NCBI GenBank assembly: GCA_945952095.1
Contig: CAMFHL010000004.1
Span: 12,769 to 76,768, forward strand
Length of the DNA: 64,000 nt
Source of the DNA: an uncultured Arsenicibacter sp.
Lineage (GTDB): Bacteria; Bacteroidota; Bacteroidia; Cytophagales; Spirosomataceae
Direction: 5' to 3'
Positions within the stretch are counted from its first letter, which is position 1; each line of letters opens with the position of its first letter. The notes beneath the pieces are model-generated. The model was not told where the DNA came from. It worked only from the letters and a program-made list of their open reading frames with translations, and ran no database searches. Shown piece by piece: positions 26,671-37,020 of this stretch. Made by a program: the position numbers and the translations under genes.

Positions 26671-27642
26671 ATGAAACGACTACTTATACCAGGTATGCTG
26701 CTAGGGTTGCTCGCCTGCGGGGGCAAAGACGACAGTGCCAAAAACAAAGCCGCCGCCGATTCGCTGACGACCACCCGTAAACCCGCCTCCATCAGCGAGG
26801 TGCTGGGCATCGCCATCATTGAACCCGAAGCCCTCATTACGGAACTGTCGGCAGAGACCGGCGGCCTGATCCGTGATGTGAAGGTGAATATCGGCGAAAA
26901 ACTGACTAAAGGACAGACCATCCTCGTGCTGGACAATGCCGTTGAATCGGCACAGTTGCGGCAGGCGACCACCAAAATCGGCACGCAGCAGGATGCTATC
27001 GAAGCCGCCCGGCAGAATCTGAATAAACTCCGCCTCCAGCTGACTAAAGCACAAGCCGACCTGCAACGCGACGAGAAACTTTTTAAAGGCAACGCGCTGA
27101 CCCAGAAAGAGCTGGAAGACTCCCGCTACACGGTATCGGATGTGCAGCAGCAGATTAAAGCGGCCGAAGCCGAACTCAAACAAAGCGAGAGCCGGATTGC
27201 CGAACTCAGGGCCGACATCGGCTACTACAACACGGTGCAGGGACAAAAAACGGTGAAGGCCCCCGCCGACGGAACGCTGCTGTCGCTCGATGCGAAGGTC
27301 GGGCAGTATCTGACGACGAACCAGTCGATCGGCGAGTTTGCACCGGCGGGGCCGCTGATTGCCCTGACGGAAATCGACGAGCTGTTTGCAATCAAAATCA
27401 AGGTCGGGCAGAAGGCGGTCATCCGGCCACAGGGCAGCAACGAGGCCCTGACGACGGGGACCGTGGTGCTGACGTCGCCGTACCTGCGCAAGAAATCCCT
27501 GTTTTCGGACAATACCGGTAACCTGGAAGACCGGCGGGTGCGCGAGGTACGGGTAAAAATCGACGAACCCGACAAAGTGCTGATCGGCGCCCGTGTCGAA
27601 TGTCTTATTCAGGTTGGTAATCAACCGGCTGCTCAGCCATAG
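26671..27642 (+). CDS. HlyD/DevB-type membrane-fusion (periplasmic adaptor) lipoprotein
   Basis: Lipobox LLACGG. Long coiled-coil segment (QQDAIEAARQNLNKLRLQLTKAQADLQRDEKL...) flanked by beta-barrel segments. Confidence 0.85.
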   Translation: MKRLLIPGMLLGLLACGGKDDSAKNKAAADSLTTTRKPASISEVLGIAIIEPEALITELSAETGGLIRDVKVNIGEKLTKGQTILVLDNAVESAQLRQATTKIGTQQDAIEAARQNLNKLRLQLTKAQADLQRDEKLFKGNALTQKELEDSRYTVSDVQQQIKAAEAELKQSESRIAELRADIGYYNTVQGQKTVKAPADGTLLSLDAKVGQYLTTNQSIGEFAPAGPLIALTEIDELFAIKIKVGQKAVIRPQGSNEALTTGTVVLTSPYLRKKSLFSDNTGNLEDRRVREVRVKIDEPDKVLIGARVECLIQVGNQPAAQP

Positions 27643-27654
27643 GCCCCTCAGCGT

Positions 27655-28779
27655 ATGTTAAAAACGGCATTTAAGTTCATAAAATACGATAAGCCTAAGT
27701 CGATCGGTGCGTTGGCGGGCATTATCATTTCGGTGTTTCTGATCGGTCAGCAGGCGGGGGTATTTATCTTCCTGACCGATGCCATGAAGAGCTTGGTGGC
27801 TAATAATCAAGGCTATATCTGGGTGACCGACGAGACGACACGCAATGCTAACCAGCTGTCGCCCCTGGATGTCCGGAAGGGCCGTGAGATTGCGTCGCTG
27901 CCGGGCGTAGAGCGCGTGTATCCGGTGGTGATTGCGTCGGGGGCCGCTAAGTTTGCCAACGGAGCCATTGGTGGCCTCGCTCTGATCGGCTCCGAAGCAC
28001 CGGATTTTGTCGGCGGTCCGTGGCGGCTGTACACTGCCCGCAAGGAAGATATGCTGCCCGAAGGAGCCATCCTGACCGATTTCTACGACGCCAAAGCCCT
28101 TGGTGGCCTGAAAGAAGGCGACTACTTCGAAGTAAACGGCAAGAAGGTATACAATGCCGGTCTGACCAAAGGCGTACGTGGTTTCGGGGCAGGGACATAC
28201 ACCTTCACAACCATTGAGCGCGCCCGTGCGCTGACCGGTTTTTCGAACGACAAGGTGAGTTTTTACCTCGTTAAATGGAAAAGCGGTTCAGATCCCGCAG
28301 CGGTGATTCAGGCCATTAACCAGACCATCAACGGGGTGCGGGCGTGGGATGCCGAAGATTTTGCCCAAACGACGGTAAAAACCGTACTGGCGACCAACGG
28401 CATTGCGGCTTCGTTCGGCAGCCTGATCGGTTTCGCGATCATTTCGGGGCTGGTCATCATTGGTCTGACGCTTTATTCGGCGGCCATCGACCGGATCAAG
28501 GATTATGGCACGCTCAAGGCCATCGGAGCCACCAACGGCTATATCCGCCGCCTGATTCTGACGCAGGCCCTGCTGTTTGCCCTGTTGGGTTATGTGGTTG
28601 GCCGGCTGCTGGTGGAGGGCTTCCGGTTTGGCATTGCGCAGTCAGGCACGCTGTTTTACTTCCCCGCCTGGTTCGAATATGCGCTGTTTGCCATTACGCT
28701 CTTCATCTCACTGGGCGGTAGTCTGTTCGCCATCCGGCGGATTACGGCCCTGGAACCCGCTCAGGTGTTCAGGGGGTAG
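27655..28779 (+). CDS. ABC transporter permease, FtsX/DevC/MacB type
   Basis: N-terminal TM, about 220 aa periplasmic domain, C-terminal three-helix FtsX bundle. Confidence 0.85.
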   Translation: MLKTAFKFIKYDKPKSIGALAGIIISVFLIGQQAGVFIFLTDAMKSLVANNQGYIWVTDETTRNANQLSPLDVRKGREIASLPGVERVYPVVIASGAAKFANGAIGGLALIGSEAPDFVGGPWRLYTARKEDMLPEGAILTDFYDAKALGGLKEGDYFEVNGKKVYNAGLTKGVRGFGAGTYTFTTIERARALTGFSNDKVSFYLVKWKSGSDPAAVIQAINQTINGVRAWDAEDFAQTTVKTVLATNGIAASFGSLIGFAIISGLVIIGLTLYSAAIDRIKDYGTLKAIGATNGYIRRLILTQALLFALLGYVVGRLLVEGFRFGIAQSGTLFYFPAWFEYALFAITLFISLGGSLFAIRRITALEPAQVFRG

Positions 28780-28820
28780 GACAGCGCGAAACGCAAGATA
28801 TTTTTAAGAGACTATTTACT

Positions 28821-30140
28821 ATGAGAAACAGCATTTATATAGTTGCTTATCTGGTTTGCTGGCTGACGGGCAGCGCCCTGGCACAGACGCCGGTTACGCT
28901 GGACGAAGCCCTGCGGTTGGGGCAGGAAAACCGGCCGGAACTCAAGGGCCAGCAACTCCAGCTCCGCATTGCCGAAGGGCAGGAGGCCAAACGGCAGGCG
29001 GGGTGGTTGCCGCAGGTCAACGCGTCGGCGGATTTGCGGTGGAATACGCAGATTCAGACCAGTGTGCTGAAAGATGCACCCTTTGCCAACGGGCAGGATG
29101 TACGTGTAAAATTCGGGGTACCGTTTAACAACCTGCTGGGCGCTCAGGCCGATCAGAAGATTTATGATGCCCAGTCGCGGGTTGACCGGAAACTAAACCA
29201 GATCGGCGTTGAAAGTCAGCAGGCCGGGCTGGAAAAGCTCCGGATCGATGTCCGGCAGCAGATCACCGAAGCCTACTATCAGGCGGTCTTCAACCGCGAA
29301 AAACTCCGGTTGTCAGACGGGGCGCGGCAACGGGCACAGCGTTATCTGGAACAGGCACAGACGCGGTTTGACGCCGGTTCGCTGCTCAAAACAGACTTCG
29401 ACCGCTTTAGCCTTGACCTGAGCAATGCCGAGCTGACACACCGTAATAACCAGCGTGATTACGCGCTGAGTCTGGAAAACCTGCGCTACCGGCTCAATGC
29501 GCCGGAAGGGTGCCCTGTGATGCCTGCCGATTCGCTGGGGGCTTTGTTTGTGGACGAAAAAGCCGGAATCGCGCTCCCGGCCGGACCGGCACAGCGGATT
29601 GAGGTGCGGCAGGAAGAACTGAACCGACAAACCAACCTGCTGAATCTGCAACGCGAACGGGCCCGGCTGGCACCGACCGTCTCGGCCTACGGGGCGTATT
29701 TTGTCCAGCAGTTCAATGATGTATTTAATCCGTTTACGGCCAATACGTGGTTTCCGTACAATTACGTGGGTGTCAAGCTGAATATTCCGGTTTTTGATGG
29801 CCGGCAGACGCGCCTGAACCAGCAGGAATATACGTTACGGGCACAAATCAACCAGACGACGATTGACCGGATACGGGCCGATGTCGATTACGAAACCAAA
29901 AGCGCCCTGAATACGGTGCAGCAGGCCCACGAAAACCTGACTGAAACCCGCCGGAATATTACCCAGGCACAGGCTATTCTGGCGGTGGACCGGGTGCGTT
30001 TCGACGCTGGTACGCTCTTACTGGCCGACTTCCGGAATAGTGAGTACACTTTGCAAAATGCCGAAAATAACTACCTGAAGGCCGTGTATGACGTACTGGT
30101 CGGGCAGTTGCAGCTGAAAAAAGCACTCGGTACCCTGTAA
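28821..30140 (+). CDS. TolC-family outer-membrane efflux protein
   Basis: Signal peptide. LDEALRLGQENRPELKG start and two OEP repeats. Confidence 0.9.
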   Translation: MRNSIYIVAYLVCWLTGSALAQTPVTLDEALRLGQENRPELKGQQLQLRIAEGQEAKRQAGWLPQVNASADLRWNTQIQTSVLKDAPFANGQDVRVKFGVPFNNLLGAQADQKIYDAQSRVDRKLNQIGVESQQAGLEKLRIDVRQQITEAYYQAVFNREKLRLSDGARQRAQRYLEQAQTRFDAGSLLKTDFDRFSLDLSNAELTHRNNQRDYALSLENLRYRLNAPEGCPVMPADSLGALFVDEKAGIALPAGPAQRIEVRQEELNRQTNLLNLQRERARLAPTVSAYGAYFVQQFNDVFNPFTANTWFPYNYVGVKLNIPVFDGRQTRLNQQEYTLRAQINQTTIDRIRADVDYETKSALNTVQQAHENLTETRRNITQAQAILAVDRVRFDAGTLLLADFRNSEYTLQNAENNYLKAVYDVLVGQLQLKKALGTL

Positions 30141-30480
30141 TTGGTTAATTAGTCCCTGTAATCTATCTGTAAATGAGCTTTATAGGCTTGTCTTGTTGAT
30201 AGAGTACAGGGACTACTCGTTTAATTCTATGAATTTTGTGCACTTGTTTGGAAGTTATCTGTTTATCCGGTTACCTTTAGGCCATCATCCACTACGAAGC
30301 CTGCACGTACGCTCCTTTTATTGAACCACTATTCAGTTGCTGCTAAACACGTAATGGATGCCTGAATAAATCGTCAGCATGGTAAAGCGAATGATCCGGG
30401 ATGTTTATGCTTAGCCTGGACGAAATTTGTTTGGTAAACCAAAAGGTTATTACTTAATGTAAGTTACTCAAAATCGTTAT

Positions 30481-33400
30481 ATGCAACACATTCTACCTAC
30501 ACATTCACTTAACAGAGCCCCGGTCCGCAACGGACTACGGGTCCGGGTGCGCAACCTGGCCCTATTCGCACTATTGCTTTGTCTGGCCTTTTCCGCCCAA
30601 GCCCAGAAGCAGATAACCGGTAAGGTGATCGATGCCGCATCCGGCGAAGCACTGGCGGGGGCAACCGTACAAATCAAGGCCGCTAATCAGGGGGCTACTA
30701 CGGACGCCGAAGGGCGCTACCGGCTGAGTATTCCGGCTACTGTTGCCTCACCGGTTCTGGTTTTTTCCTTTATTGGCTATCAGCCCCTTGAAGTCGCTGC
30801 CGGTAACCGCTCGGTAGTAGATGTTAGTTTATCCAATGCCACCAATGCGCTTAATGAAGTGGTGGTGGTAGGTTATGGTGTACAGAACCGTCGGGATATC
30901 ACCACCGCTATCGGATCGGTGCGGGCGCGGGATATAGCCAACCAGCCGGTTGTCAGCTTTGATAATGCGCTGGCGGCCAAGATCGCCGGCGTGCAGGTGA
31001 CCCAGACGTCGGGGGCGCCCGGCGCTGCACTGCAGGTACGGGTGCGGGGAACGGGGTCAATCAGTGCGGGCCTTGATCCGCTGTATGTTGTTGATGGCGT
31101 ACCGCTCGCCCGTGATACCAAGTTTGCAACGGGCAGTACCAGTACGCAGTTTCCGGATAACCCGATCAATGTACTGAGTACCATCAATACCGATGATATT
31201 GAGAGTATTGAGGTGCTGAAAGATGCGTCTGCTGCGGCTATTTATGGCTCACGGGGCTCTAACGGTGTTGTGCTGCTGACCACCAAACGGGGTAAGGAAG
31301 GTAAGACGACCATAAACTACGATACCTACGCAGGCATTCAGAACGTGTCTAAAAAGCTCGATCTGCTCAACGCCTATGAATACGCAACGCTCAATGCCGA
31401 GGCGAAAAATAATGCCTATATCGACCGTAACCCAACCGGCAAAATAACGGATCCTAATGATGTGCGGCAACGAGGTGTCGGCGCCCCCAGTACGCTTATT
31501 CCTCCCCAGGTTGTACCCTATCTGTCAGGGCAGGCCGGATTAACCAATACTGACTGGCAGAATGAAATTTTCCGGTCAGCACCCATTCAGAATCATACGT
31601 TATCCATCAGCGGGGGGAATGCCAATGTACGCTACTACGTCTCCGGTAATTATTTAGATCAGCGCGGTACGGTCATCAACTCAGGGTATAAGCGTTATGG
31701 TGCACGGGCGAACCTTGACATCAAAAGCGGACGGCTGACGGTTGGCTTTAACCTGAATCCATCCTATTCGTATCACGATCTTATCAAGGCAGAAGGCCCG
31801 TATCTGGCCGACGGTATTATCGGGCTTGCGGTGCAGATGGCGCCGATCTGGCCGGTTTATAACGCTGACGGATCGTATAATTTCGACGCCAACGGGTGGG
31901 GGTACGGTGCCACGTCCATCCTGAATCCGGTAGCAATTGCCAGGGAAGTGAAAGACAAACTCGGTCAGTTACGCCTCCTTGGGAATGCGTATGCCCAGTA
32001 CGATATTGCTACCGGGCTTTCGTATCGGTTAAGCCTTGGGGGAGACATCAATAACTTCCAGCGGGACTATTACCGCCCGTCTACCGTCGAAATCCGTGAC
32101 CGTAAGGGACCGTCTATTCCGACGGGCTTTTCCCGGACCCAGAATGCCATCAACTGGCTGATTGAGCATACCCTGAACTACAATCGTTCGTTCGGGCAAC
32201 ACAATCTGTCGGCACTACTCGGTTTTTCGGCCCAGAAAGACCGCCGTACGGCCACCGAACTAACGGCGACCAACTTCCCGAACGACCTGGTACAAACCCT
32301 TAATGCCGGGCAGGTATCGGCCGGTGGTTCCGACATTCAGGAGTGGTCGCTGCTATCGTATCTGGGTCGGGTTCAGTACGATTACGCCGGAAAATACCTG
32401 CTGTCAGGAGCGATCCGGGCTGATGCCTCTTCGCGGTTTGGTGCCGCCAACCGCTGGGGGTATTTCCCGAGTGTATCCGCTGGCTGGAACCTCTCGCAGG
32501 AAGCATTTCTGAAAAATACGTCGTGGGTCAGTGACCTCAAAATCCGGGCAAGTTACGGGCTTACCGGAAACTTCCAGATCCCGAATTACGGCTCTGTCAG
32601 TTTGCTGAACTACCAGAATTATATTCTTGGATCCGATGTACTCGTCAGTGGATTAGCGCCCGGAAACTCTGCTAATGACCGGTTGAAGTGGGAAACAACG
32701 GCGATGCTCGATCTTGGTTTTGACGCTAACTTTTTCCGTAATCAGTTAACAGTGACCGTTGATTACTACAATGCCAATACATCCAACTTACTGCTGAACG
32801 TGCCGGTTCCGCGAGCGTCAGGGTTCAGTACGGAATTACAGAATATCGGTAAAGTCAATAACCAGGGCATTGAGCTTACGCTTGGTACTCAGCAAACCTT
32901 CGGGCGTTTCCGGTGGAATGCCAGTGCTAACATCGCCGCCAACCGGAACAAAGTAAAAGCCCTGGGACCATCCGGCGATCCGATCATCGTGTCCGGCGGG
33001 GTAGCGGGGGCGCAGTTTATCACCCGCATCGGCGAACCAATCGGCCAGTACTGGACCATGCAGCTTGATGGTGTTTTCCAGAATCAGGCCGCTGTTGACG
33101 GCTATCCGCATACGTCTACAACCAAACCAGGCGATTTCAAATTTGTCGATATCAACAAGGATGGCAAAATAGACTTCAGCAGTGACCGGACAGTGACCGG
33201 AAGCTATTTCCCTAAATACACATTCGGGTTCAATAGCAATCTGTCGTATGCGGACTTTGATCTTGGCGTAACCGTACAGGGCACGCAGGGGAATAAGATT
33301 CTGAACCTTATCCGGCGGTATATCTACAACTCCGAAGGGAACGGTAATCAGTTCCGCGGCGCCCTTGACCGGTGGCAGTCAGACACGAACCCCGGTAGCG

Positions 33401-33717
33401 GGCTGGTCAACCGGGCGAACCGGTTGTCGACCGGCTCTAACGGCGAGATTTCGACATGGCATATCGAAGATGGTTCGTTTGTGCGTATCCGTACGCTGAC
33501 GCTGGGCTATACACTGCCCAAAACACTGCTGCAGCGGTTACGGTTAAACCGGGCCCGCCTGTATGTAACCACCCAGAATCCGTTTACTTTCACAAAATAC
33601 AGCGGCTACAACCCTGAGGTGAGCGCACGGCCGGATAATGCGCTGTCTCCTGGCGAAGATTATGGCACTTATCCCATCGCCCGTACTACATCTGTCGGTC
33701 TTAATCTCAGCTTCTGA
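30481..33717 (+). CDS. SusC/RagA-family TonB-linked outer-membrane protein
   Basis: Signal peptide. CarboxypepD_reg-like N-terminus (ITGKVIDAASGEALAGATVQIK). NEVVVVGYG plug region. Ends ...SVGLNLSF. Confidence 0.9.
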   Translation: MQHILPTHSLNRAPVRNGLRVRVRNLALFALLLCLAFSAQAQKQITGKVIDAASGEALAGATVQIKAANQGATTDAEGRYRLSIPATVASPVLVFSFIGYQPLEVAAGNRSVVDVSLSNATNALNEVVVVGYGVQNRRDITTAIGSVRARDIANQPVVSFDNALAAKIAGVQVTQTSGAPGAALQVRVRGTGSISAGLDPLYVVDGVPLARDTKFATGSTSTQFPDNPINVLSTINTDDIESIEVLKDASAAAIYGSRGSNGVVLLTTKRGKEGKTTINYDTYAGIQNVSKKLDLLNAYEYATLNAEAKNNAYIDRNPTGKITDPNDVRQRGVGAPSTLIPPQVVPYLSGQAGLTNTDWQNEIFRSAPIQNHTLSISGGNANVRYYVSGNYLDQRGTVINSGYKRYGARANLDIKSGRLTVGFNLNPSYSYHDLIKAEGPYLADGIIGLAVQMAPIWPVYNADGSYNFDANGWGYGATSILNPVAIAREVKDKLGQLRLLGNAYAQYDIATGLSYRLSLGGDINNFQRDYYRPSTVEIRDRKGPSIPTGFSRTQNAINWLIEHTLNYNRSFGQHNLSALLGFSAQKDRRTATELTATNFPNDLVQTLNAGQVSAGGSDIQEWSLLSYLGRVQYDYAGKYLLSGAIRADASSRFGAANRWGYFPSVSAGWNLSQEAFLKNTSWVSDLKIRASYGLTGNFQIPNYGSVSLLNYQNYILGSDVLVSGLAPGNSANDRLKWETTAMLDLGFDANFFRNQLTVTVDYYNANTSNLLLNVPVPRASGFSTELQNIGKVNNQGIELTLGTQQTFGRFRWNASANIAANRNKVKALGPSGDPIIVSGGVAGAQFITRIGEPIGQYWTMQLDGVFQNQAAVDGYPHTSTTKPGDFKFVDINKDGKIDFSSDRTVTGSYFPKYTFGFNSNLSYADFDLGVTVQGTQGNKILNLIRRYIYNSEGNGNQFRGALDRWQSDTNPGSGLVNRANRLSTGSNGEISTWHIEDGSFVRIRTLTLGYTLPKTLLQRLRLNRARLYVTTQNPFTFTKYSGYNPEVSARPDNALSPGEDYGTYPIARTTSVGLNLSF

Positions 33718-33723
33718 TCTCCC

Positions 33724-35133
33724 ATGCAACTCATGACTCTACATAGTTTACGGAACATCGGCCTGGCTATGGCCGTCTCTGCCTTACTGACCGGCTGTAA
33801 GTCCGGATTTCTGGATCTGACACCCCAGTCGCAACCGAATGCCGACAATTTTTACCGGACGGCGAATGATTTCGGCAATGCTGTCAACGGCGCCTACGAT
33901 GCCCTGCAATCGGCCAATCAGTACGGCGGTGATTTTAACACCCTGCTGGAAGCCAGAAGCGATAATGTGCTTGATAACGACCCCTCGTCCAATGCGGGCC
34001 TGCGCTACAACATCGACCGGTTTATCGAACCGACAACCAACACGGTCCTGCGCGATACCTGGGGAAGTCTTTACACCGGAATTAACCGGACCAACTTAAT
34101 TCTGGATAAAATCGACGCCATCCCGTTTGATGCTACCCTGAAGGCCCGGTATACGGGCGAAGCACAGTTTATCCGGGCACTGTCTTACTTTAATCTGGTG
34201 CGGCTGTGGGGCAAGGTGCCACTGGTACTGAAAGCCGGGAGCACGGCCGACGCGCGGGCTTACATCCGGAATGAGGTGACGGACATTTATGCCGCCATTG
34301 AGAAAGACCTGACCGCTGCGGCCACGAATCTGCCGGCCAGTTATAGCGGATCGGATGTGGGGCGTGCAACGTCGGGTGCGGCGAAAGCGTTGCTTGGCAA
34401 GGTGCTGATTACGGAGCAGAAATATACTCAGGCCGTGCAGGTTTTGCGGGAGGTAGCCAACAGCAATACCTACCGCCTGCTGCCGGCTATTGGTGATGTG
34501 TTTACCGTAGCCAACAAGAACAATGCTGAAATTGTCTTTGCGGTTAAGTTTCGCAAAGGAGTTGGTGGGGTGTCTGAAGGCCACGGTCTGTGGTTCGGGA
34601 CAAACATCGGGGATAATATTGAGAAGTCGTTGCGGTCGGCGTATGCGGCTGATGATAAGCGGTTGCCGCTGATTGCTCAGATCGCTGTGCCCAGCAATGT
34701 CAATGTTGTTCCCCGTAAATATTATGATGAGGTTTCGGCAACGAATGATGTTGGTAACGACTACCCGGTTCTCCGGTATGCCGATGTCATATTGCTGCTT
34801 GCGGAAGCGCTTAATGAGGTCGGCTATCAGGCAAACGGGGAAGCACTGCAACTGCTAAACCAGATCCGTACGAGAGCCGGGGTGGCAGTTTATACCGCCG
34901 CACAACTATCGTCACAGGCGGCCTTCCGCGACGCTGTACTGGCCGAACGCCGCCTGGAGTTCCCGCTTGAAGGCCAGCGTTGGTTTGACCTCATCCGTAC
35001 CGGCAAAGCCATTGACGCCATAAAGGTGACGGGTATTACAGTGCCTGCCAACCGGCTTATTTACCCGATTCCGCAGTCAGAGATTGATGTGTATAATAAT
35101 CCGGGAACATTTGCGCAGAATCCGGGCTATTAA
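33724..35133 (+). CDS. SusD/RagB-family nutrient-binding outer-membrane lipoprotein
   Basis: Lipobox LLTGC. YTGEAQFIRALSYFNLVRLWGKVPL and RLEFPLEGQRWFDLIR patterns. 6 nt after SusC. Confidence 0.9.
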   Translation: MQLMTLHSLRNIGLAMAVSALLTGCKSGFLDLTPQSQPNADNFYRTANDFGNAVNGAYDALQSANQYGGDFNTLLEARSDNVLDNDPSSNAGLRYNIDRFIEPTTNTVLRDTWGSLYTGINRTNLILDKIDAIPFDATLKARYTGEAQFIRALSYFNLVRLWGKVPLVLKAGSTADARAYIRNEVTDIYAAIEKDLTAAATNLPASYSGSDVGRATSGAAKALLGKVLITEQKYTQAVQVLREVANSNTYRLLPAIGDVFTVANKNNAEIVFAVKFRKGVGGVSEGHGLWFGTNIGDNIEKSLRSAYAADDKRLPLIAQIAVPSNVNVVPRKYYDEVSATNDVGNDYPVLRYADVILLLAEALNEVGYQANGEALQLLNQIRTRAGVAVYTAAQLSSQAAFRDAVLAERRLEFPLEGQRWFDLIRTGKAIDAIKVTGITVPANRLIYPIPQSEIDVYNNPGTFAQNPGY

Positions 35134-35162
35134 ACCGGTTAGTCTGTAACGGGAGCACAACC

Positions 35163-35210
35163 TGCATGTCCCTGCCGGCGGTATTCACAGATACCGTTTG
35201 CAGGGACATG
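35163..35210 (+). terminator. 12-bp-stem hairpin after SusD (terminator or attenuator)
   Basis: GCATGTCCCTGC (35163-35174) pairs with GCAGGGACATGC (35199-35210). 24-nt loop and a weak T tract. Confidence 0.4.
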
Positions 35211-35315
35211 CTCATTTAACGCATAGTGACGTTCAGGCTAAATTTACTGTTTCCGGCGCCCCTTTGCCGCCGGATGTTGCCATTTTGCGTAATTTGGATG
35301 GCATTCATCAAGACT

Positions 35316-36962
35316 ATGAAAAAAATCGCTACGTCGCTTGTTGCGCTGGCCGTTGGGCTGGCCGGTTGTTCATCTAAAGAAAAAGCTGATTTACTCGTAA
35401 CCAATGCTACGGTCTACACGGCCGATTCGGCCTTTACGACCGCACAGGCGTTTGCGGTGAAAGATGGCAAGTTCGTTGCTGTCGGGACAACCGCCGACCT
35501 GACGGCGAAGTTTGACGCTGACAGCACGGCCGATCTGGGCGGGGCGCCGGTGTATCCGGGCTTCTTCGATCCGCATTCCCATTTTCTGGGCCTCGGCCAA
35601 AAGCTGGATCAGGCCGATCTGGTCGATGCAACGTCGTATGACGAGGTCATTACCCGCCTGAAAGCCTATGCGCAGCAGCACCCCGATGCCATGTGGATTA
35701 CCGGTCGCGGCTGGGACCAGAACGACTGGCCCAAAACCGATTCGCCGGTGAGCGGCTTCCCGACCAAAGCTAAGCTGGATGCGGCCTTCCCGAATATCCC
35801 CGTGGCGCTGACCCGGATCGACGGCCACGCCCTGCTGGTGAATTCAAAGGCGCTCCAGCTCGCAAAAGTAACGGCCGGTTCCAAACTGGCCGGTGGCGAG
35901 GTGGTGCTGCAAGGTACTGACCCGACCGGTGTCCTGGTCGATAATGCCATGAACCTCATTAAGCGGGTCATTCCGAAGCCGGACGATGCCGACAAAACGC
36001 GGATGTTGCTGGCGGCGCAGCAGGTTTGTTTTTCGCTGGGCCTGACGTCGGTGTCGGATGCGGGGCTGAACCGCGAAGACATTGAACTGGTCGAGAAGCT
36101 GCAAAACGAAAACAAGCTGAAAATCCGCGACTACGTGATGATTTCGATGGGCCTGCCGAACATTGAGTACTACCTCAAAAAAGGCCCTTACCAGACCGAC
36201 CGCCTGACGGTGAAGTCGTTCAAGCTCTATGCCGACGGGGCGCTTGGTTCACGCGGGGCCTGCCTGCGGAAGCCGTATAGCGACCGTCCCGAGACGGCGG
36301 GGTTTCTGTTGTTATCGCCGAAAGAGCTGGAGACGATCCTGACGCAGATTGCCGACAGTAAATTTCAGGCCAACACGCACTGCATCGGCGACTCGGCCAA
36401 CCACCTGATTCTGGACTTGTATGGTAAGCTGCTGAAAACCAAAAACGAGCGTCGCTGGCGGATTGAGCATGCGCAGGTAGTTTCGCCCGAAGATTTTCAG
36501 AAATTCGGTCTTTATTCGGTGATTCCGTCGGTGCAGCCGACACACGCCACGTCGGACATGTACTGGGCTGCCGACCGGTTAGGCAATGTCCGTGTCAAAG
36601 GCGCGTATGCCTTCAAGGACCTCATGAAGCAAAACAACCTGATTGCGTTCGGCAGTGACTTTCCGGTAGAGGCCGTAAACCCGCTGTTCGGCTTCCACTC
36701 GGCTGTGGCGCGGCAGGATGCGAAGAATTATCCGGCGGGCGGCTATCAGATGGAAAACGCCGTTGACCGGCAGTCGGCCCTGCTGGCCATGACGCGCTGG
36801 GCAGCTTATGCCAATTTTGAAGATCACCTCCGCGGCAGCATCGCCACCGGCAAACAGGCCGATTTTGTGGTACTGGCGCAGGACATTATGAAAATCCCGA
36901 ACGAGCAGCTGCGGGCCGTTAAGGTCAACCAAACCTGGGTCGGCGGCGAACGCGTTTTCTGA
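35316..36962 (+). CDS. Amidohydrolase-family (amidohydrolase_3 type) metallo-hydrolase lipoprotein
   Basis: ORF 35226.. trimmed to ATG 35316 (MKKIATSLVALAVGLAGCSS lipobox). HxH metal motif in YPGFFDPHSHFLGLG. Confidence 0.85.
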   Translation: MKKIATSLVALAVGLAGCSSKEKADLLVTNATVYTADSAFTTAQAFAVKDGKFVAVGTTADLTAKFDADSTADLGGAPVYPGFFDPHSHFLGLGQKLDQADLVDATSYDEVITRLKAYAQQHPDAMWITGRGWDQNDWPKTDSPVSGFPTKAKLDAAFPNIPVALTRIDGHALLVNSKALQLAKVTAGSKLAGGEVVLQGTDPTGVLVDNAMNLIKRVIPKPDDADKTRMLLAAQQVCFSLGLTSVSDAGLNREDIELVEKLQNENKLKIRDYVMISMGLPNIEYYLKKGPYQTDRLTVKSFKLYADGALGSRGACLRKPYSDRPETAGFLLLSPKELETILTQIADSKFQANTHCIGDSANHLILDLYGKLLKTKNERRWRIEHAQVVSPEDFQKFGLYSVIPSVQPTHATSDMYWAADRLGNVRVKGAYAFKDLMKQNNLIAFGSDFPVEAVNPLFGFHSAVARQDAKNYPAGGYQMENAVDRQSALLAMTRWAAYANFEDHLRGSIATGKQADFVVLAQDIMKIPNEQLRAVKVNQTWVGGERVF

Positions 36963-36990
36963 TCCGTGATAATCCCTCCCCCCCCCGTAC

Positions 36991-37012
36991 GGGCGACCCC
37001 ACGTGGTCGCCC
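36991..37012. terminator. Hairpin GGGCGACC-ccacgt-GGTCGCCC between convergent genes
   Basis: 8-bp GC stem followed by TTTACATTTTA. Preceded by a C9 run (36978-36986). Confidence 0.55.
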
Positions 37013-37020
37013 TTTACATT

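Noticed and set aside
30141-30480. 340-nt leader upstream of SusC examined for a riboswitch (cobalamin, TPP) or small ORF
   Set aside because: No B12-box-like or TPP-like conserved core could be seen by eye. The only feature found is an 11-bp inverted repeat (30150-30160 / 30205-30215) with a 44-nt loop, which is a poor terminator. This needs a covariance-model scan to settle.
36978-36986. C9 homopolymer tract as a possible phase-variation switch
   Set aside because: It lies between the 3' ends of two convergent genes, next to a terminator hairpin. There is no promoter or coding sequence whose phase it could alter.
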